A stretch of 64,000 nt of DNA. Origin: Bacteroidia bacterium (lineage in GTDB: Bacteria > Bacteroidota > Bacteroidia > M30B66). The notes below the pieces were generated by a model. The model did not search any database and was not told the DNA's origin. It worked only from the letters and a program-made list of their open reading frames with translations. Below are positions 47,823 through 57,586 of this stretch, one piece after another. Where the stretch lies: the NCBI GenBank assembly GCA_965279035.1, contig OZ257142.1, forward strand, positions 3,808,001 to 3,872,000. The letters run 5' to 3'. Every line of letters starts with the position of its first letter. Positions within the stretch are counted from its first letter, which is position 1. The position numbers and the translations under genes are program-made.

Positions 47823-50800
47823 TTATTTATTCACGATAATATGAAAGTATTCTTGCTCATTTCCAGATTCAATCAATACTAAATAAATTCCATTTGAATT
47901 TAGTCGAAAATGTTCCATTGAATGTGTAATTTCTCTACTAATAACAAGCTCTCCAAGCACATTATAAATTTTGCATTGTGCCGAATTTAATTCAGTATCT
48001 ATATAAAAATCACCCTGATTTGGGTTTGGAAAAATTCGAATAGTATTCGTAAAATTTTCAGGAATTGATAAACAAAAATCAAAATTAACGGCCACCGAAT
48101 CAGATCCTTCACAACCCTGCAGATTCGTTACCACTACACCATAAATTCCATCACTATTCACTAACAAAGTTTGCGTATTGGCACCCGAATTCCAGGCATA
48201 CGAACTCATCCCGGAACCGGCGTCTAATAAGAGAGTTTGTCCATCACACAATAGGGTATCATTACCCAAATTCACGGTGGGTAAGTCCAAAATACTTAGA
48301 TGAGTAATGACAATACTATCACAGGAATTAATCCCAATAAATGAATCAGAATAGTTGCCTGCTTGTGAATAAATCGAATTGCCAATAGAATACTCATCAC
48401 CCAAACAAATAGAAATACTTTGCTCAATTGTGTCGGGCTCTAGTACCAATAATGTTGTGTTAATGATACTATCACATCCAGCATTTGTCAATAAGGTATC
48501 AGTATAAATACCCGCTTCATTGTATGTAGAATTTCCTACTTGCACCGAATTCCCTGAACATACACTGAGCGTTTGATTAATCACTTGAATCAATCCACCA
48601 TTGCAAACCACCACCTGTTCATGCTCCGAATAAGTTGTGCAACAACCCGTAATGGCTATCACATAATATTCACCACTACTTGTTACTGTTAATATCGGAC
48701 CTGAAGCGATATAGGTGAAAAATCCATTGGGATTTCCGTACCACTGAAAAGTAACATTTTGGTTCGACGTAGCTGTGAGCGTATTTCCAATAATACTTAC
48801 TGAAACCTGTGGTGCTGAAGAAACTGTAAAGTATTTATTAAAGGATACTTTCTCTGGATGATTCACATCGCGAACGCGCATTTTATAAATCCCTTCTGCA
48901 GTATTCAATGGAATATTGGCTGTAATTGTTCCTAAACTATCTATCACACCATTACCGATCTGTAAAGCAGATGAAAAATCATCGTTCACATTGGCCATTT
49001 CATAAACAACCTGGCTATTATCATTGGGCATGTGATACGGATCATAAGCTGTAAAACCGATAGCGTCTCCTGGACAAAATGGCGTAGTTGGATTAATATT
49101 CGAAAATGCTCCTATTCCTGAAACACTTATTCCACTTACTGCATATCCGTGTAAATCGTCACTAAAAAACACATCGGTATAATCGTTATTTGTATTTCCA
49201 TTGGTACGATTGAGCCAAGTTGCACCTCCATCATTTGTGATAAGATACGTTCCAGAACTTCCTACTACCATTCCCCGATTTGCATCTAAAAAATGAACTC
49301 CATTGAGGTAATTTGTTGTTCCACTCGTTTGTACTTGCCAGCTTGCTCCACCATCTATCGTGTGAATAATCAATCCACCATTTCCAACTGCCCAACCGGT
49401 ATTTACATCGGTAAAAAATAAATTCGATAACTGCGCACTTCCACCCGGAATTGCCGACCAAGTAGCACCACCATTGATCGTTTTCAAAATTGCTCCCGTG
49501 CTGGCACACATATACCCAATTTGCGGACTTGGAAACTTGATATCTAAATAATAAACGGTTGAATTTGAATTCTGCGAAATGGTCCAGGTTTGTCCGCCAT
49601 TCGCTGTATACATAATGGTTTGACGATAACCTCCAACTACACCATGGTTGAAATCGGTAAAGTGCACCGAATACATCGAACTCGTGGATGGATTTGCAAT
49701 GGAAGTCCAGCTTTCGCCTCCATCAAGAGTTCTAAAAACATTAGATCCTCCAACGGCATATCCTGTGTCACGATTGATGAAATAAATATCGTTGAGATAC
49801 TGAGGAGTATTGAGATTCATGGGTTTCCAATTATTTCCTCCATCTTCGGTTTTGTAGGCAACACCATAATATCCGCTTGCATATCCGCGATCAGGTGTGG
49901 GAAAATGTACACTTTGTAATGTACCATCAACTCGCATCCATGTATGTCCGCCATCGCGCGTGTATTCAACAAAATTGCTTCCGATGCAATAGGCTTCCAA
50001 TCGATTCTTAAAGGCCACCGAACGGATATCGGTAGTTTGAACTGTAGTTCCTAAAGTCCAGGATTGACCAGCGTCTTCGGTCACATATCGAACTCCATTG
50101 CTCCCAGTAATTACTCCGTGATCCAAATCTGTAAATGCAAGAGAAAGTAAATTCTCTAAACTAAATGATGGAAGTAAATTCCAATTCGAACCACCATCGG
50201 TTGTCTTGTAAACTGTTCCAGCTGTTCCAACGCAGTATCCGGTTTGCTCATCCACAAAAGCAATTTTATTCAAATCAATTGCGGCATTAAGTACTACACT
50301 AGAACTTACTGTTTGATTGATGACTTTGAGAATAATTCCACCATTGGCACAAGCAAACGAGGTAGAATCATTTAGCATCCAAACTCCTTTAATATGATTG
50401 GTTGTTCCAGTGGGAATGGCTGTCCAGTTCGTTCCTTGATTGCTTGTCAACCTTAATGTACCATCGTTTCCACACACAATTCCTTTTTGATCGCTGATGA
50501 AATAAACGTCTAATAAATCTTTAGATACACCGATGTATTTACTATTTCCCCATCCCCAGAAATAAGCACATTCGTTGTTGGTGCGATAAAGTCCTTGAGT
50601 ACCGACAGTAATCCCGAATTGTTTACTGGGAAAATGAGCGGCTGTAACAGATATTCCACCAGAGGATAATCCTATCCAGTTTCTACCACCATCAATTGAG
50701 GTTCGAAAAAGATTTCCGCCAGTAACCATCATAGTATTGGTATCAGCAAAAACGACATCCTGTAAGAATGAACCTGAAGGCACACTATAGATACTGGTAA

Positions 50801-50861
50801 ACTGTGCGTTTGATTTAGAATAGAAACAAAGCAATATCAATAGAACGTAAATACGTTGCAT
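47823..50861 (-). CDS. YCF48/BNR-repeat beta-propeller protein with T9SS type A CTD
   Basis: About 13 repeats of the form F.D...G..VG..G.I..T.DGG..W; GCDS repeats; IFPNP..G CTD. Confidence 0.9.
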   Translation of the reverse strand: MQRIYVLLILLCFYSKSNAQFTSIYSVPSGSFLQDVVFADTNTMMVTGGNLFRTSIDGGRNWIGLSSGGISVTAAHFPSKQFGITVGTQGLYRTNNECAYFWGWGNSKYIGVSKDLLDVYFISDQKGIVCGNDGTLRLTSNQGTNWTAIPTGTTNHIKGVWMLNDSTSFACANGGIILKVINQTVSSSVVLNAAIDLNKIAFVDEQTGYCVGTAGTVYKTTDGGSNWNLLPSFSLENLLSLAFTDLDHGVITGSNGVRYVTEDAGQSWTLGTTVQTTDIRSVAFKNRLEAYCIGSNFVEYTRDGGHTWMRVDGTLQSVHFPTPDRGYASGYYGVAYKTEDGGNNWKPMNLNTPQYLNDIYFINRDTGYAVGGSNVFRTLDGGESWTSIANPSTSSMYSVHFTDFNHGVVGGYRQTIMYTANGGQTWTISQNSNSTVYYLDIKFPSPQIGYMCASTGAILKTINGGATWSAIPGGSAQLSNLFFTDVNTGWAVGNGGLIIHTIDGGASWQVQTSGTTNYLNGVHFLDANRGMVVGSSGTYLITNDGGATWLNRTNGNTNNDYTDVFFSDDLHGYAVSGISVSGIGAFSNINPTTPFCPGDAIGFTAYDPYHMPNDNSQVVYEMANVNDDFSSALQIGNGVIDSLGTITANIPLNTAEGIYKMRVRDVNHPEKVSFNKYFTVSSAPQVSVSIIGNTLTATSNQNVTFQWYGNPNGFFTYIASGPILTVTSSGEYYVIAITGCCTTYSEHEQVVVCNGGLIQVINQTLSVCSGNSVQVGNSTYNEAGIYTDTLLTNAGCDSIINTTLLVLEPDTIEQSISICLGDEYSIGNSIYSQAGNYSDSFIGINSCDSIVITHLSILDLPTVNLGNDTLLCDGQTLLLDAGSGMSSYAWNSGANTQTLLVNSDGIYGVVVTNLQGCEGSDSVAVNFDFCLSIPENFTNTIRIFPNPNQGDFYIDTELNSAQCKIYNVLGELVISREITHSMEHFRLNSNGIYLVLIESGNEQEYFHIIVNK

Positions 50862-51024
50862 ACAAAACAAATTATGGGTGTGGAAATGAATAAATCCGAT
50901 GCTAAAATACTTCGATTCATTTGAACCGGACGTTTTTATGAAGGAATAAAAAGAAAGTTCATAGAGACTGAAAATTGTCGAAATTCTAAGGATTTTAATT
51001 TAGATTAATTGAATTTTATCCAAT

Positions 51025-51048
51025 AAAAAACCCCGCCGAAGCAGGGTT
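51025..51048 (-). terminator. Probable terminator
   Basis: AAAAAACCC.GC / GC.GGGTT. Confidence 0.55.
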
Positions 51049-51069
51049 CATTTTAATTTTCTTATTGAA

Positions 51070-51810
51070 TTATTTTCCTCCAAAAACGCGTCTTAAAATA
51101 TCGGTGACTTGAGCTACTGGATCTTTCCTGATTTTGGCTTCTTCCTGAGCAATAAGCTTAAATAAGCCTTCAAGTGCTTTGCTAGTAACATACTGATCGA
51201 GATCTGGATTTTTCTTGCTCACACCGGGTATCATATTGTATTTATTGATAATCGGCTTCCAATATTTTGTGAGTTGTACTTTGTTGATTGCTGCTTTAAC
51301 GATGGGTGAAAATTTCGTTGTTAATTCTGCAGTAGTGCGCGATTGTAAATAATTTGTAGCTGCATTTTCACCACCTCGAAGTATAGTCAAACCATCAGAA
51401 ATTGTCATCGATTTTACTGCACTAATAAAAACAGGTGCAGCTTCTTTGGAAGCTTCTTCGGCAGCACGATTCATGGTTTTCACAAATTGATCAACCTGTG
51501 AACCCATCCCAAATTGACGTGCTTTTGTCTCTACTACTTTTACTTCTGGTGGAAATGGAATTTTAATTAATGGGTTTTTAAAAAAACCATCTGTCAATGA
51601 TGCGCTACCTGCTGCTTTATTTGTTCCTACATTGAGTGCTTCTTTAAGGCCTTTTATTACCTCATCATTACTAACATTACTACCAAGTGGAGTTCCACTT
51701 GAAGTACTCGAATTGATTTTTTTCTGAGCTTGTTGAAGGATATTTTGTGATTGAACTGAGCTTGTTGCTACCAGCAAACAAAGCAATAGAGCGAAACGGT
51801 TCATATTCAT
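51070..51810 (-). CDS. DUF4197 domain-containing exported protein
   Basis: GLKEAL.VG, IKIPFP, MNRAAEEA, A.EGLF..IA.EEAKIRKDP. Confidence 0.92.
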   Translation of the reverse strand: MNMNRFALLLCLLVATSSVQSQNILQQAQKKINSSTSSGTPLGSNVSNDEVIKGLKEALNVGTNKAAGSASLTDGFFKNPLIKIPFPPEVKVVETKARQFGMGSQVDQFVKTMNRAAEEASKEAAPVFISAVKSMTISDGLTILRGGENAATNYLQSRTTAELTTKFSPIVKAAINKVQLTKYWKPIINKYNMIPGVSKKNPDLDQYVTSKALEGLFKLIAQEEAKIRKDPVAQVTDILRRVFGGK

Positions 51811-51843
51811 TGGTTTTTCAAGGCGTTTACAAATACGTTGCCA

Positions 51844-52629
51844 TCAGTGTTTCTTAGGATGATGCTGAATGAATGTCCTTTTTTTAGCATTCCGTGTTCG
51901 AAGTAAATTCAAGGTTTCAACAATCAACGAAAAGGCCATGGCTACATACACATACGGTTTTAAATCAAGGTGATAATCTTCTTCAATATGCAATGATTCT
52001 AAAATCAACACAATTCCAATTGCAACTAAAAATACCATCGCCAACATTTTTATAGTTTGGTATTTATTGATAAAGTCGCTAACAACACCCGAAAATGCAA
52101 TCATGATGATAATTGCTATCACAACAGCTAAAATCATAATCACTAGATTTTGAGAAATTGCTACTGCAGTGAGAATTGAATCGAACGAGAAAACGATATC
52201 CAACAATACGATTTGAACAATGGCTTTGGCAAATCCTTGAGCTGTAACTGTACCAGTATCTTCATGTTCGTCTTTGCTCAACTTTTCATAAATCTCCATG
52301 ATGGTTTTAATCGTTAAGAAAATACCTCCAGCCATCAAAATCAAATCTCGTCCACTTGCTCCATATGAACCAATGTGGATGAGGGGTTCTTTCAAACCTG
52401 CAATCCAAGAAATAATAGAAAGCAATAAAATACGGAATACCAAAGCCAAACTTAGCCCTATGAACCTAGCTCGTTGCTGACTGCTTTTTGGCAACTTCCC
52501 AGCTACAATAGAAATAAAAATAATATTATCAATCCCGAGAACAATCTCGAGAACAGTCAGAGAAAGCAAGGTAATTACTCCATTTACTGTTAAAAATGCC
52601 TCCCAGGCAGCAGGATCAAAAAAGCCCAT
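51844..52629 (-). CDS. TerC family membrane protein
   Basis: LEIVLGIDNIIFISI, GRDLIL.AGG.FL, DIVFSFDSILTAV. Confidence 0.95.
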   Translation of the reverse strand: MGFFDPAAWEAFLTVNGVITLLSLTVLEIVLGIDNIIFISIVAGKLPKSSQQRARFIGLSLALVFRILLLSIISWIAGLKEPLIHIGSYGASGRDLILMAGGIFLTIKTIMEIYEKLSKDEHEDTGTVTAQGFAKAIVQIVLLDIVFSFDSILTAVAISQNLVIMILAVVIAIIIMIAFSGVVSDFINKYQTIKMLAMVFLVAIGIVLILESLHIEEDYHLDLKPYVYVAMAFSLIVETLNLLRTRNAKKRTFIQHHPKKH

Positions 52630-52652
52630 TTGTTTAGATAAAATTCAGGCTG

Positions 52653-52709
52653 CAAAACTATTCAAAAGGAAGGAGGTGCGATGCCCGTATTTTTTTTTGT
52701 TTAGCTTTG
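52653..52709. promoter_or_regulatory. Back-to-back -7 boxes for terC (TAGTTTTG, minus) and gltP (TAGCTTTG, plus)
   Basis: Boxes at 52653-52660 and 52702-52709. Confidence 0.65.
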
Positions 52710-52734
52710 TCCATCACCCTCGCCCGAAAGGCTT

Positions 52735-54090
52735 ATGAATAAACGATTAGCAACGATTCTATTACTCATTTCTGGATTGCTGGCATTGAGTTTAACACTC
52801 TTCAACAAAGCCGGAATTCTTTCTTTACCGCAGGAAATAGTCCTAGGAAGTCGATGGCTAGCTATTGGATTTTTGATGCTGTATAGCTATTTCAGAAAAT
52901 CACTTACTGTTTGGATTTTAGCCAGTATGGTTTTAGGAGTTGAATTGGGCTATGATTTTCCGCAAATAGCAAAGCCATTAAAAGTATTGAGCGATATTTT
53001 CTTGCGTCTAATCAAAACTATCATCGCTCCATTACTCTTTTCTACTTTAGTTGTTGGTATTGCAGGCCATTCCAGCTTAAAACAAGTTGGGCGCATGGGC
53101 TTGAAAGCAATCTTGTACTTTGAAGTGGTAACCACTTTTGCTTTATTTATTGGTTTAGCAGCGATTAATTTTACTGGTGCTGGGAAAGGTGCTGTATTTC
53201 AAGCACAAGAAGCTCAAGTCGAAAAAGCCAATACACTCCTAAGTCAGAAACAAAGTCACGATGTAATTCTGGATATTTTTCCTGAGAACATTGCGAAGTC
53301 AATTTTCGATAATCAGATTTTGCAAATTGTAGTTTTCAGCATTTTGTTTGGAATTGGCTTAGCCATGGTGAAAAATGAGGAGAAAAAACGTCCCATGTTG
53401 GCCTTTGCAGAAAGCTTATCGGAAGTAATGTTTAAGTTCACCCATTTGGTGATGTACCTAGCACCACTTGCTGTTGGTGGAGCTGTTGCATATTCAGTTG
53501 CTACCATGGGTTTGGCTGTTTTGCAAAATCTCATCATGCTCGTTGCTACTTTATACGGAGCATTAATCGCTTTTGTGCTGCTTGTTCTAGTTCCAATCGG
53601 CTTGATTGTTCGATTGCCTTTTAAACGGTTCTTGGAAGCCATTTCAGAACCTGTCTCCATTGCCTTTGCTACTGCTAGCTCCGAAGCTGCCCTGCCCAAA
53701 GCCATGGAAAACCTCGAAAAGATGGGCATTCCGAGAAAGGTGGTGGCATTTGTATTACCAACAGGCTATAGTTTTAACCTCGATGGGACAACTCTATACC
53801 TTTCTTTGGCATCCGTCTTTGTTGCACAAGTGTGTGGTGTTGATTTGACATTATCAGAACAAATTCAGATGTGTTTGATCTTAATGCTAACAAGTAAAGG
53901 AGTAGCTGGCGTTCGAGGAGCTTCATTTTTAATTCTTGTAAGCACCGTCGCTTCTTTAGGACTCGATCCTCAGAAAGCCTTTGCTATTCTAGCGATTGAT
54001 GCAGTAATGGATATGGGCAGAACATCTGTCAATGTGGTAGGTAATTGCTTGGCAACTTATGTGGTTGCACGGTGGGAGAAAGAAATTTGA
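52735..54090 (+). CDS. gltP: Dicarboxylate/amino acid:cation symporter (GltP family)
   Basis: FLRLIKTIIAPL, AFATASSEAALP, PTGYSFNLDGT, LTSKGVAGV, DMGRTSVNVVGN. Confidence 0.9.
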   Translation: MNKRLATILLLISGLLALSLTLFNKAGILSLPQEIVLGSRWLAIGFLMLYSYFRKSLTVWILASMVLGVELGYDFPQIAKPLKVLSDIFLRLIKTIIAPLLFSTLVVGIAGHSSLKQVGRMGLKAILYFEVVTTFALFIGLAAINFTGAGKGAVFQAQEAQVEKANTLLSQKQSHDVILDIFPENIAKSIFDNQILQIVVFSILFGIGLAMVKNEEKKRPMLAFAESLSEVMFKFTHLVMYLAPLAVGGAVAYSVATMGLAVLQNLIMLVATLYGALIAFVLLVLVPIGLIVRLPFKRFLEAISEPVSIAFATASSEAALPKAMENLEKMGIPRKVVAFVLPTGYSFNLDGTTLYLSLASVFVAQVCGVDLTLSEQIQMCLILMLTSKGVAGVRGASFLILVSTVASLGLDPQKAFAILAIDAVMDMGRTSVNVVGNCLATYVVARWEKEI

Positions 54091-54178
54091 GGAATTTATC
54101 AACACGTTCTGTAAGAAATTCATCTTGTTTTCGCACCTGTACTGGTTGTTTATTAGTATTTTAGGCGCCGAATTTTTA

Positions 54179-56476
54179 ATGGGGAAAATGAAAAATATCA
54201 GAACACTTTTTTGTGGAATGTTGATCATCACATCAGCATATGCTCAACAACCAATCAGACGATGTGCAACTATGGATGTGGATGCTCGCTTGCGATTAAC
54301 CAATCCTGAATACGCTGCTCGTCGTTCACAAATCGATGAACACGTTCATGCCTTTGCTGTTAGTCCTGAAGCATCCGGACAAAGACAAATAGTTACCATT
54401 CCAGTAGTTTTTCATGTGGTATACAGAAATGCTACTCAAAATATCTCTGATGCTTCATTACAGTCGCAAATCGATATTCTAAATGAAGATTATCGAAAAT
54501 TGAATACCGATTTTAGTCAAACACCTTCGGTTTTTCAATCGGTAGGTGCCGATTTTGAAATTCAGTTTTGCCTTGCATCTACCGACCCAAGTGGAAATCC
54601 CACTACCGGAATAACACGTACTCAAACTAGCGTTAATGGTTTTGATGATACCGATGTTGTTAAACATACTTCACAAGGTGGACACGATGCTTGGAATACT
54701 ACAAAATATCTGAATCTCTGGGTTTGCGATATGAGCGCCGCAGGATTATTGGGTTATGCTCAGTTTCCTGGTGGTCCTTCAGCAACCGACGGTGTTGTCC
54801 TAACGTATGATTGTGTTGGTCGTCCACCCTATAATACGTTTGGAGGTGCTTACAATTTAGGTCGTACTGCTACTCATGAAATTGGTCACTGGCTTAATCT
54901 TTACCACGTATGGGGAGATTCCAATTGTGGAAATGATCAGGTTTCTGATACTCCAACACAACAAACAGCTAATTACCAATGTAAAACCTTTCCACATGTT
55001 ACTTGCAGTAATGGCCCGAATGGAGATATGTTCATGAATTACATGGATTATGGTGATGATAATTGTTTGCATTTATTCACCAATGGCCAAAAGGTGAGAG
55101 CACAATCATTATTTGCTTCGGGTGGAAATCGTGTAGGTTTACTAACATCTAATGCATGTACTATTACACCTCCTCCAGTTGTTTCTTGCACCGACACTCT
55201 CAATTTCCCCCTTAGTGGAACTGTAGGAGTTTTAGCTGCCGGTACAACTGCTGCTGATGGATATGTTTCTGGAACAAATTCCTATTTAGATGTTGCTAAA
55301 GTGGACAAATTCACCGCAACAGCTCCTTTAACTTCCTTAACTGGCGCCTTGTTTACATTTGGTGTTGCTACACAAGGTACTGCTCCCGCTGGAACTACAA
55401 TCAATGTTAAAGCATACAGCTATTCTGCTGCTGGTCCTGCAACTGTTTTAGGAACTGCAACAATTCCTTTATCAACCATTATTTCCAACGTAAATGCTGG
55501 TCAAAATACCTACGTTGCATTTCCAACGCCGATCACGGTTACTGGAAACTTCTTTTTAGGTATCGAATTCAACCCAAATACTGGATATACACTTGCTTTA
55601 GAAAGTAATTCAGATGGTGATGCAGCTGTGAATGCATCCTGGGAACAATTCCCTGATTTAGTTTGGCATGAAATGACTGAATCGCCTGCTAGTTGGGGTA
55701 TTTCAATCAACCAAGCAATCTTCCCAATTCTCACTTCAGTTAGCCCAATCGCTTCATTTTCACCTAGTACAACAAGCATTTGCGCGGGACAAACAGTAAC
55801 CTATACAGCTCAATCGGGCGGATCGGCTTATGCTTGGACATTTACCGGTGGAACACCTTCTTCTTCAACTTCACAAACTCCAACAATTACTTATAATGCA
55901 TCAGGTTCATATGGTGCTTCACTTGTCGTTACGGGAGCTTGTTCTGGTCAAAATGCTACTCAAACTCAAAACAGTTTAATTACTGTTACTCAATCACCAG
56001 TTCAACCTGTTATTAATATTTCTGGAAGTCAGCTTACATCTGGAGTTTCAACTGGTAATTTTCAATGGTATTTGAATGGTGTTGCTATAAGTGGTGCAAA
56101 TTCCTCCACCTATACTCCAAGTCAAGCTGGTGTTTATACGGTCACTGTAAATATTGGAAACTGTTCAAAAACTTCTGCTGGACTATCATTTAATCCTACA
56201 GGTATCCAATCGGTTGGAGAAGTTGTGATGAATGTATTTCCTAATCCAGCTCGCGATTTAATCAGTATTCAAGCAAATTTCAGTACTCAACAAGAACGTG
56301 TTAATTGCAGCTTGTTCGATAATAGCGGGAAATTGGTTTTCACACGTACATTTGAAAACGTTCAACCCGATGCGTTATTACAGATCGGACTTTCGGATAT
56401 CAGTAATGGAATGTACCAATTGGTACTAAGCACTGATTTTGGTCGTTCTGTATCGCGCGTTGCTATAGCCCGATAA
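54179..56476 (+). CDS. M43 (pappalysin/ulilysin-type) zinc metalloprotease with PKD domain and T9SS type A CTD
   Basis: RRCAT cysteine switch; TIPVVFHV; HEIGHWLNLYH; Met-turn MNYMDY; PKD YAWTF.GG.P; VFPNPA. Start at 54179 or 54188. Confidence 0.94.
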   Translation: MGKMKNIRTLFCGMLIITSAYAQQPIRRCATMDVDARLRLTNPEYAARRSQIDEHVHAFAVSPEASGQRQIVTIPVVFHVVYRNATQNISDASLQSQIDILNEDYRKLNTDFSQTPSVFQSVGADFEIQFCLASTDPSGNPTTGITRTQTSVNGFDDTDVVKHTSQGGHDAWNTTKYLNLWVCDMSAAGLLGYAQFPGGPSATDGVVLTYDCVGRPPYNTFGGAYNLGRTATHEIGHWLNLYHVWGDSNCGNDQVSDTPTQQTANYQCKTFPHVTCSNGPNGDMFMNYMDYGDDNCLHLFTNGQKVRAQSLFASGGNRVGLLTSNACTITPPPVVSCTDTLNFPLSGTVGVLAAGTTAADGYVSGTNSYLDVAKVDKFTATAPLTSLTGALFTFGVATQGTAPAGTTINVKAYSYSAAGPATVLGTATIPLSTIISNVNAGQNTYVAFPTPITVTGNFFLGIEFNPNTGYTLALESNSDGDAAVNASWEQFPDLVWHEMTESPASWGISINQAIFPILTSVSPIASFSPSTTSICAGQTVTYTAQSGGSAYAWTFTGGTPSSSTSQTPTITYNASGSYGASLVVTGACSGQNATQTQNSLITVTQSPVQPVINISGSQLTSGVSTGNFQWYLNGVAISGANSSTYTPSQAGVYTVTVNIGNCSKTSAGLSFNPTGIQSVGEVVMNVFPNPARDLISIQANFSTQQERVNCSLFDNSGKLVFTRTFENVQPDALLQIGLSDISNGMYQLVLSTDFGRSVSRVAIAR

Positions 56477-56482
56477 AAAAAC

Positions 56483-57583
56483 ATGAATCAATTCCCCTTC
56501 TCGCTTCCGGTAAAGCTCCGCAGCGTGAAGGGGATTTTTATTTCATGCTGCTTCGTACTTTTCACTTCATTGCAAAGTCAGTCACAGGACGATTCAATCC
56601 AATGGCATCGAGATCCTAAATACGTGAGTAATCTCACCGATCAACCACATCTCACATTCGAATTTGCTAAACGAACACAACGTATCGATATTCGTAATCC
56701 GGCCCTCGATACGTTCCTCCTTCGATACGAGCCCAACTCCAAAACCAATTTCATCGCCTCTTTCGACTATCGTTGGTTGAGTTTATCCATTGGTTTGCTT
56801 TCATTTCAAAGTGGTGATAGTTACCGAAAAGGCAATTCAAATCAATTCTCCTTTCGAGCATCTTTCAACGGAAGACGTGTTTGGAACTCCAACTTCATTC
56901 AAGTTATTAGCGGATATTATCTCAGCAATCCGCAAACAATTGATCCGAAATGGAATGCTATTACAGACCAATATCCCCAACGTCCCGATATTAAAACAAC
57001 ATCCGTTTTCTCGAATGTGTATTACTGTTTTAATCCCGATAAATTTTCCTACCGAGCAGCACTTTGGCAACTCGATCGACAGGAGAAAAGTGCAGGCAGT
57101 TTATTAGCTGGTGTTTCCTTACGAATTCACCGAATGGAAAGCGATACAGGTCAATCGCTTATTCCTCCAGTAGTAAAAAATCTCTTCAAACCTGAAGATC
57201 GAATTATAGCCCAAAACGCTACGAACTTCAGCATCAATGCGGGTTATGTGCATACGTTTGTTGTGCGCCATTCCTGGTTTCTCACCTTGTATTTCGTACC
57301 GGGAATTTCCATTCAAAATAGCTATTACTTATCCGAAGACAAACAGATTCGCGCCCTGCAAAACAAAGCTACAGGCTCCTCCGAATTCCGATTTATCTTA
57401 GGTTACAATGGCTTTCGCTGGTATAGTGGAATTTCGAGTTACAGTATTTCCTTTTCAGGAAACCGTCAGTTAGGCGTTTGGGTGGACGATAATTACAACT
57501 GGTTTCGCTTCTTTGTAGGATACCGTTTTAAGGCAGTTGATCGAACTCACATTCCCGAATGGAGAAGAAAAATCGGACTTTAA
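56483..57583 (+). CDS. DUF4421 family outer-membrane protein
   Basis: YRWLSL, FNPDKFSYRAA...Q.KSAGS.L.G, GYN..RW, C-terminal FFVGYRF. Confidence 0.8.
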   Translation: MNQFPFSLPVKLRSVKGIFISCCFVLFTSLQSQSQDDSIQWHRDPKYVSNLTDQPHLTFEFAKRTQRIDIRNPALDTFLLRYEPNSKTNFIASFDYRWLSLSIGLLSFQSGDSYRKGNSNQFSFRASFNGRRVWNSNFIQVISGYYLSNPQTIDPKWNAITDQYPQRPDIKTTSVFSNVYYCFNPDKFSYRAALWQLDRQEKSAGSLLAGVSLRIHRMESDTGQSLIPPVVKNLFKPEDRIIAQNATNFSINAGYVHTFVVRHSWFLTLYFVPGISIQNSYYLSEDKQIRALQNKATGSSEFRFILGYNGFRWYSGISSYSISFSGNRQLGVWVDDNYNWFRFFVGYRFKAVDRTHIPEWRRKIGL

Positions 57584-57586
57584 ATT

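Noticed and set aside
51844-52629. Tellurite-resistance island
   Set aside because: Lone TerC-family gene without other ter genes
54059-54178. Extended N-terminus of the M43 protease overlapping gltP
   Set aside because: The signal peptide begins at ATG 54179/54188; the upstream in-frame start is incidental
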